A DNA stretch of 64,000 bases from Candidatus Krumholzibacteriota bacterium (lineage in GTDB: Bacteria; Krumholzibacteriota; Krumholzibacteriia; Krumholzibacteriales; Krumholzibacteriaceae). This document shows positions 20,820 to 30,451 of this stretch, piece by piece (position 1 is the first letter of the stretch; every line of letters starts with the position of its first letter). Both the position numbers and the translations under genes were made by a program. The stretch covers positions 79,725 through 143,724 of the forward strand of contig JAFGBF010000015.1 of NCBI GenBank assembly GCA_016933255.1. The letters are read 5' to 3'. A model generated the notes under the pieces. That model was not told the origin of the DNA and did no database searches. It saw nothing but the letters and a program-made list of their open reading frames with translations.

Positions 20820-21131
20820 CAGAGAGGAAAAGGGACTGCAGCTGATCATTTGTCCGGGAAAGATGACCGGGCATCCGCGATATAAAAAAGGCGGATATTC
20901 AACTGCTGGAAACTATACGGAACTATCGGAAACCGAATATCGAAACTGCGTCCTAGATCGGCAGCTATCGGATCCAGGCAGATACTTCCGACAGGCAGCC
21001 GATTTTATCAGTCTAAAATTTGCGGGAGGCCGAAAGACTGTTGCTTAATACGACAGAACGGCATCAGAGTGATGATCGGTTTTCAGGTCGAGCTGGTAAA
21101 GGGACGAGATATTAAGGCCGGCCGTCATGCC

Positions 21132-22562
21132 TTACTTTTTCTTCTTGGATGACCTGAAATCCTCAGGGTCGATCTCGTGTTTTTTCATCAGATCGTGAAG
21201 AGTAGGCCGGCTTATCTTGAGTTCCTGCGATGCGGCTGAGACATTCCCGGAGAATCTGAGTAATACATCGATTATCATTCTTTGTTCCAGGTCTTCACGG
21301 GCTTCTTTGAGAGAGACGCCCGCCTCCGGAGGAATACGGGCAGGAGCGGATTCTGCCTGTTTATTTTTTTCGTCTTCAGGGCCGGGAAAAACAAGGTCCA
21401 TGTCCTCCGGCTGAATGATCCTTCCAGATGTCATGATCACAGCTCTCTTGACTCTGTTTTCTAGTTCGCGTACATTTCCGGGCCATGAGTGGCTATAGAG
21501 GACATTGCGCGCCGATTGGCCGAAGGCTCTTACATTTCTTGAGAACTCGGAATTAAAATGATGAAGGAAATGCATCGCAAGCAGGAGTATATCCTGCCCT
21601 CTGTCACGAAGAGGAGGAAGGGATATATTGATCGTGTTTATCCTGTAGTAGAGATCTTCCCTGAAAGTCCTTTCGCCGATCATCTTCGAGAGGTCCCTGT
21701 TAGTAGCGGCGATCACTCTGATATCGAGCTGTATCTGCTGCTGCCCTCCCACTCTTTCTATTACGTGGTCCTGAAGGAATCTGAGGATCTTGACCTGAAG
21801 AGCCAGGGGAAGTTCGCCGATCTCATCGAGAAAGATAGTTCCTCCCTCAGCGATCTCGAATTTTCCCGGTTTTGAAGAGACTGCCCCTGTGAAGCTTCCT
21901 TTTTCATGGCCGAACAATTCGCTCTCAAGCAGATTTTCAGGTATTGCGCCGCAATTGATCGGTATAAAGGGTCTGTTCTTCCGCGGGCTTCTCGCATGTA
22001 TAGCCCTTGCTATAAGCTCCTTGCCGGTCCCGCTTTCACCGGTTATGAGGACCGATACATCGGTGGGAGCTATTTTCTTGACGGCGTCGAATATATCAAG
22101 CATACCCGCAGACATGGATATTATATTTTCGAATTCGTGTCCGCTCCCGGGAGAAGACTTCAGTCTGGTTATCGTCGATTCAAGGGAGTGTATGTAGGAA
22201 GCCCGGCTCAGAATAACGCGGAGTTCATCGATATCCACCGGTTTTGAGTAGAAATCGATAGCGCCCGACGCGAGGGCTCTTAGAGCGTTTTCCTTGTAGT
22301 CGTGGCCTGTTATTACGATGACCTTGATCTGCGGGTCTATCTGCAGGGCCATCTCGAGGATTTGAAACCCCTCAAACTCATCCGTGTCGCCTGTCAGAGA
22401 AAGATCCAGGATCATCAGCTGCGGCGATTCTTCTTTTACAGCATTGACAGCCTCTTCTATGGTGCGGGCCTTGATGACCTCATATTTGTTTTTAAAAGCC
22501 CATTCGAGTTGTTTGAGGATGGTCTCCTCGTCATCGACGATCAAAAGTCTGGGTGATCCCAA
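21132..22562 (-). CDS. prsR: PEP-CTERM-box sigma-54 response regulator (NtrC family)
   Basis: REC domain, GESGTGKE, ESELFGHEKGSFTGA, WPGNVRELEN, HTH ISRPTL; lies next to prsK and xrt. Confidence 0.88.
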   Translation of the reverse strand: MGSPRLLIVDDEETILKQLEWAFKNKYEVIKARTIEEAVNAVKEESPQLMILDLSLTGDTDEFEGFQILEMALQIDPQIKVIVITGHDYKENALRALASGAIDFYSKPVDIDELRVILSRASYIHSLESTITRLKSSPGSGHEFENIISMSAGMLDIFDAVKKIAPTDVSVLITGESGTGKELIARAIHARSPRKNRPFIPINCGAIPENLLESELFGHEKGSFTGAVSSKPGKFEIAEGGTIFLDEIGELPLALQVKILRFLQDHVIERVGGQQQIQLDIRVIAATNRDLSKMIGERTFREDLYYRINTINISLPPLRDRGQDILLLAMHFLHHFNSEFSRNVRAFGQSARNVLYSHSWPGNVRELENRVKRAVIMTSGRIIQPEDMDLVFPGPEDEKNKQAESAPARIPPEAGVSLKEAREDLEQRMIIDVLLRFSGNVSAASQELKISRPTLHDLMKKHEIDPEDFRSSKKKK

Positions 22563-22577
22563 TTGTGCCCCTTCCAG

Positions 22578-24683
22578 TTATTCTGATCCGGTTCCCGGCA
22601 GTATAATCGAGACAGAAGCGCCTTTTCCAGAAAGATTATCGATCGATATAGTGCCTCCATGTGCTTCTGCCATCGATTTACATAGAGCAAGGCCTATGCC
22701 CAGGCCGTTTTTTCGGGTCGAGCTGAATGGCTTGAAAAGGTCGTTTTTAATATAGTCAGGATCGAAGCCCTTTCCAGTATCAGACACATTGAGTCTCAAT
22801 CCGAATGGATCTTCCGAAGTAAGGCGAACCGATATCTTTCCTCCTCTCGGTGTTGCTTCTATCGAATTGAGTATCAGGTTCTCCACAATTCTTTCAATAG
22901 CGGATGGATCGATATCAGCGATTATCTGTTCAGATGGAGAATATTCAAGAGTGATATTTTTAGATCCAGCCATCGGCACAAGCTGTTCTATCTTTTCTCC
23001 TACAAGCGATACCGCTTCTGTCCGTACTCTGTTTACGGCTCCTGAATATTTGTGAGCGTTCAGAGAATTGATCAGGCTCTGCATCCTCTCTATCGATCTT
23101 TTAATCGTTATTATTGTATCTTTCTGAAATTCCTTGTTTTCCATGTTTTCTCTTGCGTTTTCAGCGGTAAGAGAAAGGATCTCGACGGTGTTTTTAAGGT
23201 CATGGATGACGAATGACGCGAACCGGTTGAACGATTCGATCTGTTTCGATTCAAGGAATCTTTCCTCCATAAGGAGGTTGTCAAGGGTGATAGCGGCCTG
23301 GTCGGCGATAGTAGCAAGGAAACTTCGGTCTTCTTCGCTGAAGGGAGCTCCTGTATCCTTTCTGCCCAGAGCTATAAAGCCCTTACACTCCTCCCCGTGG
23401 CCGAGAGGCAGAGCAGACTCGATCCATTCAGGGATATTTTCCGTATCAAGCTCGATTTTTGCTTCTGTCGAGGAGTGTTTCCTCCTGCCGGATCTTTTGT
23501 TAAATACCGTCAATTCGTCAGCTGTACACAGTTCCATCAGCCTGTTTGACGTCTCAGGAGTCCAGTCATCGCCTGTTGCTCCATAAGACGCTTCGATCCC
23601 GTTGTGGATATCGACCCATATGATGCCTCTCTGGACGATCATCGTCTCACAGAGCGATCCGATCGTGTTTGAGAGGAAATCATCTATTGTAAGGCTCGTG
23701 GCCATCAATCTTGAGAAATGACGCCACTCCTTTCGATAATTATAATTCTCAAGATAGAAATTATCATTCAGGAATATTCGAAGCTTTCTTCTCGCCCTTC
23801 CCGACATTCCGACGGCAAGCAGAAGAAATATGATAAAAATCCCTAAAACATAAAGATGGAATCTGTCATATGACATTCCGGCCAGGGCCGAGATCCACGA
23901 TATGATGGCAATCGATATAAAGTAGAGCCCGGCTACCACCACCGACACGGTCGATGATTTTTCTTTCAAAACAGGTGTCCTGATCTCGAATAGATTGTAT
24001 CTCGAATTCGCGTAGATAAAAGTTGTAGTGATGAAAATTATTCCGCAGGTTTCGACTGTCAGGAAACGCCGGTCGACCGAAGATAACGATAAAATCCGGC
24101 TCATTACCACGAAATTCAGAAATGATGCGGTTATTGTGCCGAGCATCGGGTATTTGAGAGTGACCTTGCCCTGGATATTTGCTGCTCTGTATGTGTTTTC
24201 CATGAAGTAGAGATAGCATACATTCACCAGAAGGAAAAAGATCCCGAACCCTTTGCCCAGCCAGGTAAAGACGATCTGATAAAAATATCCGTTTTCCTCG
24301 AAGGATATGCTTCTGATGATATAATGAAGCGGAGTGATGAGGCCGATCGCGGAAAAAATGATCAGAATGGTCAGAATCCCTGTGATCCTGTTTTTCAGCG
24401 GGTTATCTCCACGGTTCCGTGCGAAGAAATAGAAAAACGGAAGACCGAAGGCAGGGGATAATAGAGCGGCCACAAGCAGCAGTCGCAAAAATACCTGCGC
24501 CTGCTCGGGAGAATCCGCCCTTAGCAGAAGTCCCTGTGCGGCGGTGAAGAAAGCCAGGATCAGCGTCGATGGGATAAAGAAAAGTTTCTGATAATTAAAA
24601 CTTCCTCTTGTCAAACCTGCCCACAAAAGGAGGACAAGCAGTCCAGATGCAGTAAATGACAGTAGCGGAGCAAACAGGGTCAT
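22578..24683 (-). CDS. prsK: PEP-CTERM system sensor histidine kinase
   Basis: Multi-TM N-terminus, YNYRKEW, GAF-like region, FNRFASFVIHDLKN H-box, HATPase (LFKPFSST, GLGIGL). Confidence 0.88.
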   Translation of the reverse strand: MTLFAPLLSFTASGLLVLLLWAGLTRGSFNYQKLFFIPSTLILAFFTAAQGLLLRADSPEQAQVFLRLLLVAALLSPAFGLPFFYFFARNRGDNPLKNRITGILTILIIFSAIGLITPLHYIIRSISFEENGYFYQIVFTWLGKGFGIFFLLVNVCYLYFMENTYRAANIQGKVTLKYPMLGTITASFLNFVVMSRILSLSSVDRRFLTVETCGIIFITTTFIYANSRYNLFEIRTPVLKEKSSTVSVVVAGLYFISIAIISWISALAGMSYDRFHLYVLGIFIIFLLLAVGMSGRARRKLRIFLNDNFYLENYNYRKEWRHFSRLMATSLTIDDFLSNTIGSLCETMIVQRGIIWVDIHNGIEASYGATGDDWTPETSNRLMELCTADELTVFNKRSGRRKHSSTEAKIELDTENIPEWIESALPLGHGEECKGFIALGRKDTGAPFSEEDRSFLATIADQAAITLDNLLMEERFLESKQIESFNRFASFVIHDLKNTVEILSLTAENARENMENKEFQKDTIITIKRSIERMQSLINSLNAHKYSGAVNRVRTEAVSLVGEKIEQLVPMAGSKNITLEYSPSEQIIADIDPSAIERIVENLILNSIEATPRGGKISVRLTSEDPFGLRLNVSDTGKGFDPDYIKNDLFKPFSSTRKNGLGIGLALCKSMAEAHGGTISIDNLSGKGASVSIILPGTGSE

Positions 24684-26170
24684 TTTAGGTCCTTCATTCT
24701 GTTAATATGTTTTTCTGCCTCTTTTGACACATTCGATTCAGGATACATCTCTACGCATCTTTCCAGGGCCTCGACAGCTTTTCCCTTATCACCAAGTTCT
24801 TTCTCATAGATAGACGCGGCCGTAAGGAAACTTTGGGCAAGCCTGGGGTATTGCGGATATCTTGCCGGAAGCGAAAGGAGCCGTTCCGCGGTTTTTTCCC
24901 ATTTTTTCTGCAGAGAGAGAGTCCGGATGAAGTATTCTTCGGCTTTAATTCTTATTCCAGCGTCATATTCTTTTGCAGTCATCATATCATAATGCTCCAG
25001 AGCTCTCTCGTAGGCATTTTTGGCGGCGTCGGCTTCTCCCAGCTTTTCAAAATGCATGGCGATCATGAGCGGAGACTCCATTCCCTGGAAAGTAGTTGGA
25101 AAACTGGTGTATATTGATTTGTAGTGCAGAGAAGCATCTACCCAGTTGCCGCGTTTATCCGAGATATTTGCAAGCTGCCAGGTCGCTTCAACTACTCCGC
25201 TTGCCGATGAAGCATGTTCTTTTATGACCTGATTATATATTTTTTCAGCTTCATCGTATCTCTTTGCCTCCTGGTGTATCTGTCCGAGCATCAGTAGCGC
25301 GGTGACCGTCTCCTGCGAATCAGGGAATTCTTTGATTATGGCCGTCAGGATCGAAGCTGCTTTATCCTGATTGCCAAACCCGTCCATCTCTATCTTTGCT
25401 TCAATGAACATTATCGACGGCCTGTCTTTTACCGTAGGGTATTGTTCCTCCATCTCCTTCAGGAGAGCCATGGCACTATCCCATTTCCGCTGTTCGAGCA
25501 GGGCTGTGACCAGGTTAAACCTTGTCTCTTTGAGAAGGGAAGGGTCCGCCGTTGTAGATATTATATCTCTGTATATCATTTCGCCCCTGCTCAGCCAGGC
25601 AGATCTTTTATTTTTCATATCCGGGCCTAAGTACAGTTTTGAGAGCCTGATAGGGACGAGAAGATACCTTCTGTTCATCATCGATGTCTTTTCGATATCC
25701 CCGCTGCCGAGAAATTCATCCGAAAACTTTTCAAATAGTGATATTGCCGATGGAATATCCCCGATCTGTTCGGATATGAACGCTGAGGACCAAAGAGCGT
25801 TGGCACGGGCTTTGGGGATATTGCCGGAAATGGAGTAAGCTTTTTGAAAATCATCGATAGCGCTCTTAAGGCTGCCTGTCCGGAATTCGAGCTCGGCAAG
25901 CTCCATTTGAGAGGAAACAACTATCAACTCCATGCCGTCGACGCTGTCGGCGTATGATGAATACCGATCTACTATCGAACGGTAGCTTTCTACGGTTCTG
26001 TCCACGAATTCCCTGTTCGTGGTGCCTGAAGGGAGTTCACGGTTCAGTTTTCTGGCATGGAAAAGTTCTTTTTCCGCTTTATAGAGCAGTGATTTTTCTT
26101 CGCTCGAGCACGCAAAGACCATAGCGGCCATCAGCAGGACAGCTGCCAACAGATTCATTCTTTTTTTCAT
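24680..26170 (-). CDS. TPR-repeat lipoprotein (possible PrsT analogue)
   Basis: Lipobox VFAC; repeated TPR-like helices; overlaps the prsK start. Confidence 0.75.
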   Translation of the reverse strand: MKKRMNLLAAVLLMAAMVFACSSEEKSLLYKAEKELFHARKLNRELPSGTTNREFVDRTVESYRSIVDRYSSYADSVDGMELIVVSSQMELAELEFRTGSLKSAIDDFQKAYSISGNIPKARANALWSSAFISEQIGDIPSAISLFEKFSDEFLGSGDIEKTSMMNRRYLLVPIRLSKLYLGPDMKNKRSAWLSRGEMIYRDIISTTADPSLLKETRFNLVTALLEQRKWDSAMALLKEMEEQYPTVKDRPSIMFIEAKIEMDGFGNQDKAASILTAIIKEFPDSQETVTALLMLGQIHQEAKRYDEAEKIYNQVIKEHASSASGVVEATWQLANISDKRGNWVDASLHYKSIYTSFPTTFQGMESPLMIAMHFEKLGEADAAKNAYERALEHYDMMTAKEYDAGIRIKAEEYFIRTLSLQKKWEKTAERLLSLPARYPQYPRLAQSFLTAASIYEKELGDKGKAVEALERCVEMYPESNVSKEAEKHINRMKDLK

Positions 26171-26212
26171 TCTTCCTCCAGTGGTTTGATAAAGCCCGGG
26201 ATATTTAAAATG

Positions 26213-27097
26213 TCAATTCAGTCTGTTTTTCATCCTTTGCAGGAATATTACTGTTCCTCCTGCTGTTATAAGATATATGGATATCATCTCAATGACTGAT
26301 GAGACGATGTAATTGTGAATAATAAAATCGGGAGAGAGCCTTGTGGCGATCAATGCCGATTTAATGCTGATAAATGTCGTCGGGACCGTGAGAATGAACG
26401 GGATAAAAACAATAAAGAATGTCGTAGCTGGGCAATTCCAGGCGATACTTATGCTTACCCTGAAAGATCTAAAGAGGTTTGAATCGTAAAGCAGGATTGC
26501 CGGAGTAGTGTACAGGAATAACCCCTGAATAGCGAGGGCAACAGCCATACTGACGGCATAAACGGTATTACCCGCAATCGGGCTCAGACTGGCTCTGAAA
26601 TTTCCCGCGAGAAAAAATACGAGAAAGATGAAAAGGGAAGCAAATAAAGAGATCAGAAACAGCTGAAGATATTTCCCGAACGCAGCCCGGAATGCCCCGG
26701 CAAACGATAACGACCTCCCGGTGATCCCGCTGTATATGAGGACTGTCGTTGCACCCTGGAAAATTATATTTATGAATATTTCAACGAATATATCGACGCG
26801 GTCAAGAATGGGCTGCATCAGTACGATATGATCCGGAAAATGACCGAGGTCTGAGCTGGAGAGGCCGCCTATAAAGAGAGCCCAGAAGGATGATGAAGGC
26901 GGATCGAGGCTTGAAAGATATGAGATCAGGATGCCGAGATGGAGGATAAGAAAAAAGAAAGATGGAACGGCGATCCGAAAATCTTTCAGGATCGATACAG
27001 AAGTGTGGAATGTATTTATGGTTTCCTTGAATCCTCCGGCATAATCAAACCGTTTCCCAGGAGCTCCGCCGTCAATAATGAGTCTTTTCGACATCAA
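26213..27097 (-). CDS. Polytopic membrane protein of unknown function in exosortase operon
   Basis: About six hydrophobic segments; ATGA overlap with epsI. Confidence 0.7.
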   Translation of the reverse strand: MMSKRLIIDGGAPGKRFDYAGGFKETINTFHTSVSILKDFRIAVPSFFFLILHLGILISYLSSLDPPSSSFWALFIGGLSSSDLGHFPDHIVLMQPILDRVDIFVEIFINIIFQGATTVLIYSGITGRSLSFAGAFRAAFGKYLQLFLISLFASLFIFLVFFLAGNFRASLSPIAGNTVYAVSMAVALAIQGLFLYTTPAILLYDSNLFRSFRVSISIAWNCPATTFFIVFIPFILTVPTTFISIKSALIATRLSPDFIIHNYIVSSVIEMISIYLITAGGTVIFLQRMKNRLN

Positions 27098-27786
27098 TCC
27101 TCGTTTCTTTGCTCTACAGGCGATGCTGATTTCAGGGCTGACATTATATCGGGGCTTATTCTTTCGATGAATCTCAACATCGTTTTTTCGGTCTTTTCGT
27201 CGCCTCCCGGCCTAACGCCTGTAGAAAAGCGGATAAACGACGCAGCCTGGGGGCGGGAAAGAAGTGTGTTCTTCATCTGATGATATTTCAACGAAAATTC
27301 ATCGGGGATGGCTTTACCGTTCATACTGAACCAGTAGATGACCAGCCTGTGGGATTTCCCGTCTGTTATTACCAATCGCTTGACGCTTTCCAGCTCATTG
27401 TTGAGATTTATCTCGATCCGGTCTTCCTTTATGATATCCCAGCCGGCACCAGGGTAACAATGTTTTGGAGAATGGATCTGCGAATTTTCCTGCTGCCGGG
27501 CGAAATACCCGAGAAAGAGTTCTATCTTTATCCCCGTTTCTCCGGTATATGAACGTACAAGCGTTGTATCTGCTCCCAGAACCCTCAGAGATTCGATCCC
27601 GATATAATAGTCATCGGAGAGATACGATCCCGTCTCTGCCGGTATGAGGCTGAAATCCGGCAAAGGAGCCTCTTCAATATCTCTTTTACGCAATCGGTGC
27701 GTATAGATCGTCAGCAATAGGAGTATTACAACAATGATGACCAGGCTGTTCAGTTTTATTTTATCCATTTCAATATCCTGATACAA
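27094..27786 (-). CDS. epsI: EpsI family exosortase-associated protein
   Basis: N-terminal TM, LGAD....RSY, IHSPKHCYPGAGW, VIYWF; directly after the exosortase. Confidence 0.9.
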   Translation of the reverse strand: MYQDIEMDKIKLNSLVIIVVILLLLTIYTHRLRKRDIEEAPLPDFSLIPAETGSYLSDDYYIGIESLRVLGADTTLVRSYTGETGIKIELFLGYFARQQENSQIHSPKHCYPGAGWDIIKEDRIEINLNNELESVKRLVITDGKSHRLVIYWFSMNGKAIPDEFSLKYHQMKNTLLSRPQAASFIRFSTGVRPGGDEKTEKTMLRFIERISPDIMSALKSASPVEQRNED

Positions 27787-28610
27787 AGAAGAAGCAGTAG
27801 GAGCCCGGCTGCAAAGACTATCAAGCCTGAAATCTCATGAATCGTTCCATCAGCAAATTCGGGTCCTATCGTGTAGGCTCCCAGTGCTGTTACAGTCAGG
27901 CGGATCGCATTTGCTGCTATCGCTACAGGTATCGATAACGCCACGAGAATGACGTTTTTCGTTTTAGAAAATCCGGAAAAAATCGTAAGAATAACAGCGA
28001 TCGTAACCATAGTCATAAGGGAACGCAGTCCGCTGCAGGCGGCGACTACTTCCAGGGTATATCCGGGAAGATGGAGTATATTGCCTTTTCTTATGACGCT
28101 TACTCCGGTTGACTGGAGGATATAAGTGCTTAACCTGGCGCTGAAAAGCTGCATAGGGAAGGTGAGTCTGTAGTAAATGATATATGGCAAAGGAACAGCC
28201 AGCACCAGAAAGAGGACAGGGAAGGCGACAATTCTGAAGATCCCCGATCCCATAAGAAAAAGAACGCTTCCCAGTATAAGGAGCGGAAAAGATATGCGGG
28301 ATGAAAAAAGCTCTGAAGCTGCCGTGCCGGCTACAAGCAGCAGAGCTGATACAAATATTATTAAAAGCCCCGTATAATAGTATCCTCCATCTGGATTTTT
28401 TCTCAGTTCCCTGCGCCGTTTCCAGAGAATAAAAACCGAGACGACAGGGATAACGATCCCGTGCTGATAATTCGGGTCATCTATCCATTGCCTGAACAGG
28501 CTGGTAATGACAGGGGAATACATTACGGATATCAGAACCAGACTCATGCCGAGCAGTATTCTTTTAAGGAGCAGAGTGCTGTTCCCCTCTTGCCTGGATA
28601 TATCGGACAA
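27756..28610 (-). CDS. xrt: Exosortase (EpsH/Xrt family)
   Basis: W..DPNYQHG, VPLP, LEVVAACSGLRSL (Cys), ANAIRL (Arg), IHE (His); about 8 TM. Confidence 0.93.
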   Translation of the reverse strand: MSDISRQEGNSTLLLKRILLGMSLVLISVMYSPVITSLFRQWIDDPNYQHGIVIPVVSVFILWKRRRELRKNPDGGYYYTGLLIIFVSALLLVAGTAASELFSSRISFPLLILGSVLFLMGSGIFRIVAFPVLFLVLAVPLPYIIYYRLTFPMQLFSARLSTYILQSTGVSVIRKGNILHLPGYTLEVVAACSGLRSLMTMVTIAVILTIFSGFSKTKNVILVALSIPVAIAANAIRLTVTALGAYTIGPEFADGTIHEISGLIVFAAGLLLLLLCIRILKWIK

Positions 28611-28707
28611 CCTGTCTCCTTTATTACGATACGACTTAAGTACTGTAGAATCTTAAAGGGTGCTGCCCCGCGTTGGCAAGAAGAATGAGCCGGTCAGACT
28701 CCGCAAT

Positions 28708-28740
28708 AAAAAAACGGACGCAGGTGATTCTGCGTCCGTT
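28708..28740 (-). terminator. Intrinsic terminator after PEP-CTERM pair
   Basis: AACGGACGCAG-N6-CTGCGTCCGTT perfect stem followed by a T run on the minus strand. Confidence 0.85.
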
Positions 28741-28767
28741 CGAGGCCTGCAAGAAAAAGAAGTGTAA

Positions 28768-29475
28768 TCACGTTTTCTTTTTCTTTCTCAGAAGAGGAGT
28801 TATCCCGAGAAGTCCCAGGCCCAAAAGGCTGAGTGTGCCAGGTTCAGGAACCGCAAAACAACTTGAATCGTGGGAATTGGGGCTGACATAGCATTTACCG
28901 TTTGAATCCATCCCTATCGCGTCAAAGTTTACATAATCGAACCCGCTGACAACGATATCGAGTAACACTTCATCTCCCCAACCCGGTTCATGGATCCATC
29001 CTTCTTCGTAATGCCACGCCTTTGCCATAGAGTTATTTATTCTTCCGGCATCATAAAAATTGAAATTTTTGATGCTCGGAAGCATAGTCTTCACATACCA
29101 GTCCGGAGCGGCCGCAGCCAGTCCGGGGTCGCCGTAGTTGTAGAATGTGTTGATCTCGATTCCGTTGATCCATACAGTCCCGGATTGTCCTGTCGGAGTA
29201 TTTATGACGACAAAGACATCCATATAATCATACGCCGGGGGAGAGGTCACCAGATCTATAGATGGAGTCACTTCGGGAAGTGTTTCCCAGTACCCGACAA
29301 CTTTCAGCTCAAAATTGGCTGATGTAGAGATCCATGAGTCCTCATCCTCGAGGGCATAATTTGCGTAGTAGTCAGAGCCTGTAATATAGGTCTGAAGCCT
29401 TGGGACCGCTGAGGCAGAATCGGCAATTAGAGACCCGGCCAATACCGCTACGGTCAGAAGTAAAATCTTTTTCAT
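28768..29475 (-). CDS. PEP-CTERM sorting domain protein (paralog 2; resembles choice-of-anchor N type)
   Basis: Signal peptide, AVPRLQTYI start of mature domain, C-terminal VPEPGTLSLLGLGLLGITPLLRKKKKT; start ATG 29475 after GGAGG. Confidence 0.92.
   Translation of the reverse strand: MKKILLLTVAVLAGSLIADSASAVPRLQTYITGSDYYANYALEDEDSWISTSANFELKVVGYWETLPEVTPSIDLVTSPPAYDYMDVFVVINTPTGQSGTVWINGIEINTFYNYGDPGLAAAAPDWYVKTMLPSIKNFNFYDAGRINNSMAKAWHYEEGWIHEPGWGDEVLLDIVVSGFDYVNFDAIGMDSNGKCYVSPNSHDSSCFAVPEPGTLSLLGLGLLGITPLLRKKKKT
28778..28851. repeat. 74-bp direct repeat copy A (PEP-CTERM coding segment)
   Basis: 73/74 identical to 29521-29594. Confidence 0.9.
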
Positions 29476-29516
29476 TCGTATCCTCCGCACACAGTTTATA
29501 GTAATCAGCATTATCA

Positions 29517-30230
29517 TTATTTTTTCTTTCTCAGAAGAGGAGTTATCCCGAGAAGTCCCAGGCCCAAAAGGCTGAGCGTGCCAGGTTCAGGAACAGGATA
29601 GAAAGCTGTCGCATCGCAATCCCACGGATTGGTGTAGGTCACGCCTCTCGCGTCGAGTCCTATAGCGTCAAAATGTGTCCAGGAGAATCCCTTGGTCACG
29701 ACTTTAAAATCGATTTCCTGGCCATGTCCGGGAAGCTGAGGTGTACCGTCAATGTGGTCATAATAGTACGCCTGATGCTGGTTGTCGAGACCACCCTCAA
29801 TCTCATAGAAATTGAACTTTCCAAAGAGAGCCGGAGGAGCAATCCGCAGATACCACGCAGGGTTTGTTTCGTCAGGCACCGCATCGCAGTAGTTATAGAA
29901 AGTGCTGATCTCCACTCCGTCTATCCAGACTGTCCCCGACTGGCACATCGGGACGCTGATCGCGATCCAGGTTCTCATCTGATCACGTTCCGGATAAGCT
30001 GAGCCCACATTCAGAGGGGAGTCCGGATTAATGTCCTCTTCCCAGTACCCCACGACCCTCAGGTCGAATTCCTGCGAATATGTGACAAACGAATACTGGT
30101 CGAGCAGGCTGTGGAATTGTTCGTATTCTGAACCAACTATATAGGTCTGGAGCCTGGGGACCGCTGCGGCAGAGCCGGTAAAGAGCGCCAGAACAAGCAA
30201 AATGCCGGCAAAAGAAGTGACTTTCTTCAT
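29517..30230 (-). CDS. PEP-CTERM sorting domain protein (paralog 1)
   Basis: Signal peptide, AVPRLQTYI, C-terminal VPEPGTLSLLGLGLLGITPLLRKKK. Confidence 0.92.
   Translation of the reverse strand: MKKVTSFAGILLVLALFTGSAAAVPRLQTYIVGSEYEQFHSLLDQYSFVTYSQEFDLRVVGYWEEDINPDSPLNVGSAYPERDQMRTWIAISVPMCQSGTVWIDGVEISTFYNYCDAVPDETNPAWYLRIAPPALFGKFNFYEIEGGLDNQHQAYYYDHIDGTPQLPGHGQEIDFKVVTKGFSWTHFDAIGLDARGVTYTNPWDCDATAFYPVPEPGTLSLLGLGLLGITPLLRKKK
29521..29594. repeat. 74-bp direct repeat copy B (PEP-CTERM coding segment)
   Basis: 73/74 identical to 28778-28851. Confidence 0.9.
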
Positions 30231-30298
30231 ATTTTTCTCTCTCAGGTGTCGGAATCGGTTATAATAAGCGAAATTATCCTATCTATGCCGGTAGTACC

Positions 30299-30313
30299 GC
30301 AATCTGCGTGCCA
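30299..30313 (-). promoter_or_regulatory. Sigma-54 promoter of PEP-CTERM genes
   Basis: Minus strand TGGCACGCAGATTGC, an exact -24/-12 consensus about 70 bp upstream of ATG 30230. Confidence 0.9.
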
Positions 30314-30393
30314 TTTTTGAAATCATTTGTATCATGTTATATAACAACATGTTATTGGTCTGCTCTATTGTTTCTGAAAGGGAGCCGGCAAAA

Positions 30394-30429
30394 GTGTAAA
30401 AGATGCCGACAGTCAGGCACCTTTTACAC
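30394..30429. promoter_or_regulatory. Putative PrsR enhancer (upstream activator sequence)
   Basis: Imperfect palindrome GTGTAAAAGATGCCGACAGTCAGGCACCTTTTACAC containing TGT-N11-ACA, 80-115 bp upstream of the sigma-54 box. Confidence 0.7.
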
Positions 30430-30451
30430 CGTATGCCAGATGATCTTGGGG

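Noticed and set aside
20905..20950. Loose GGAAACTAT-like direct repeats
   Set aside because: Short, irregularly spaced and degenerate; not a CRISPR array or convincing operator
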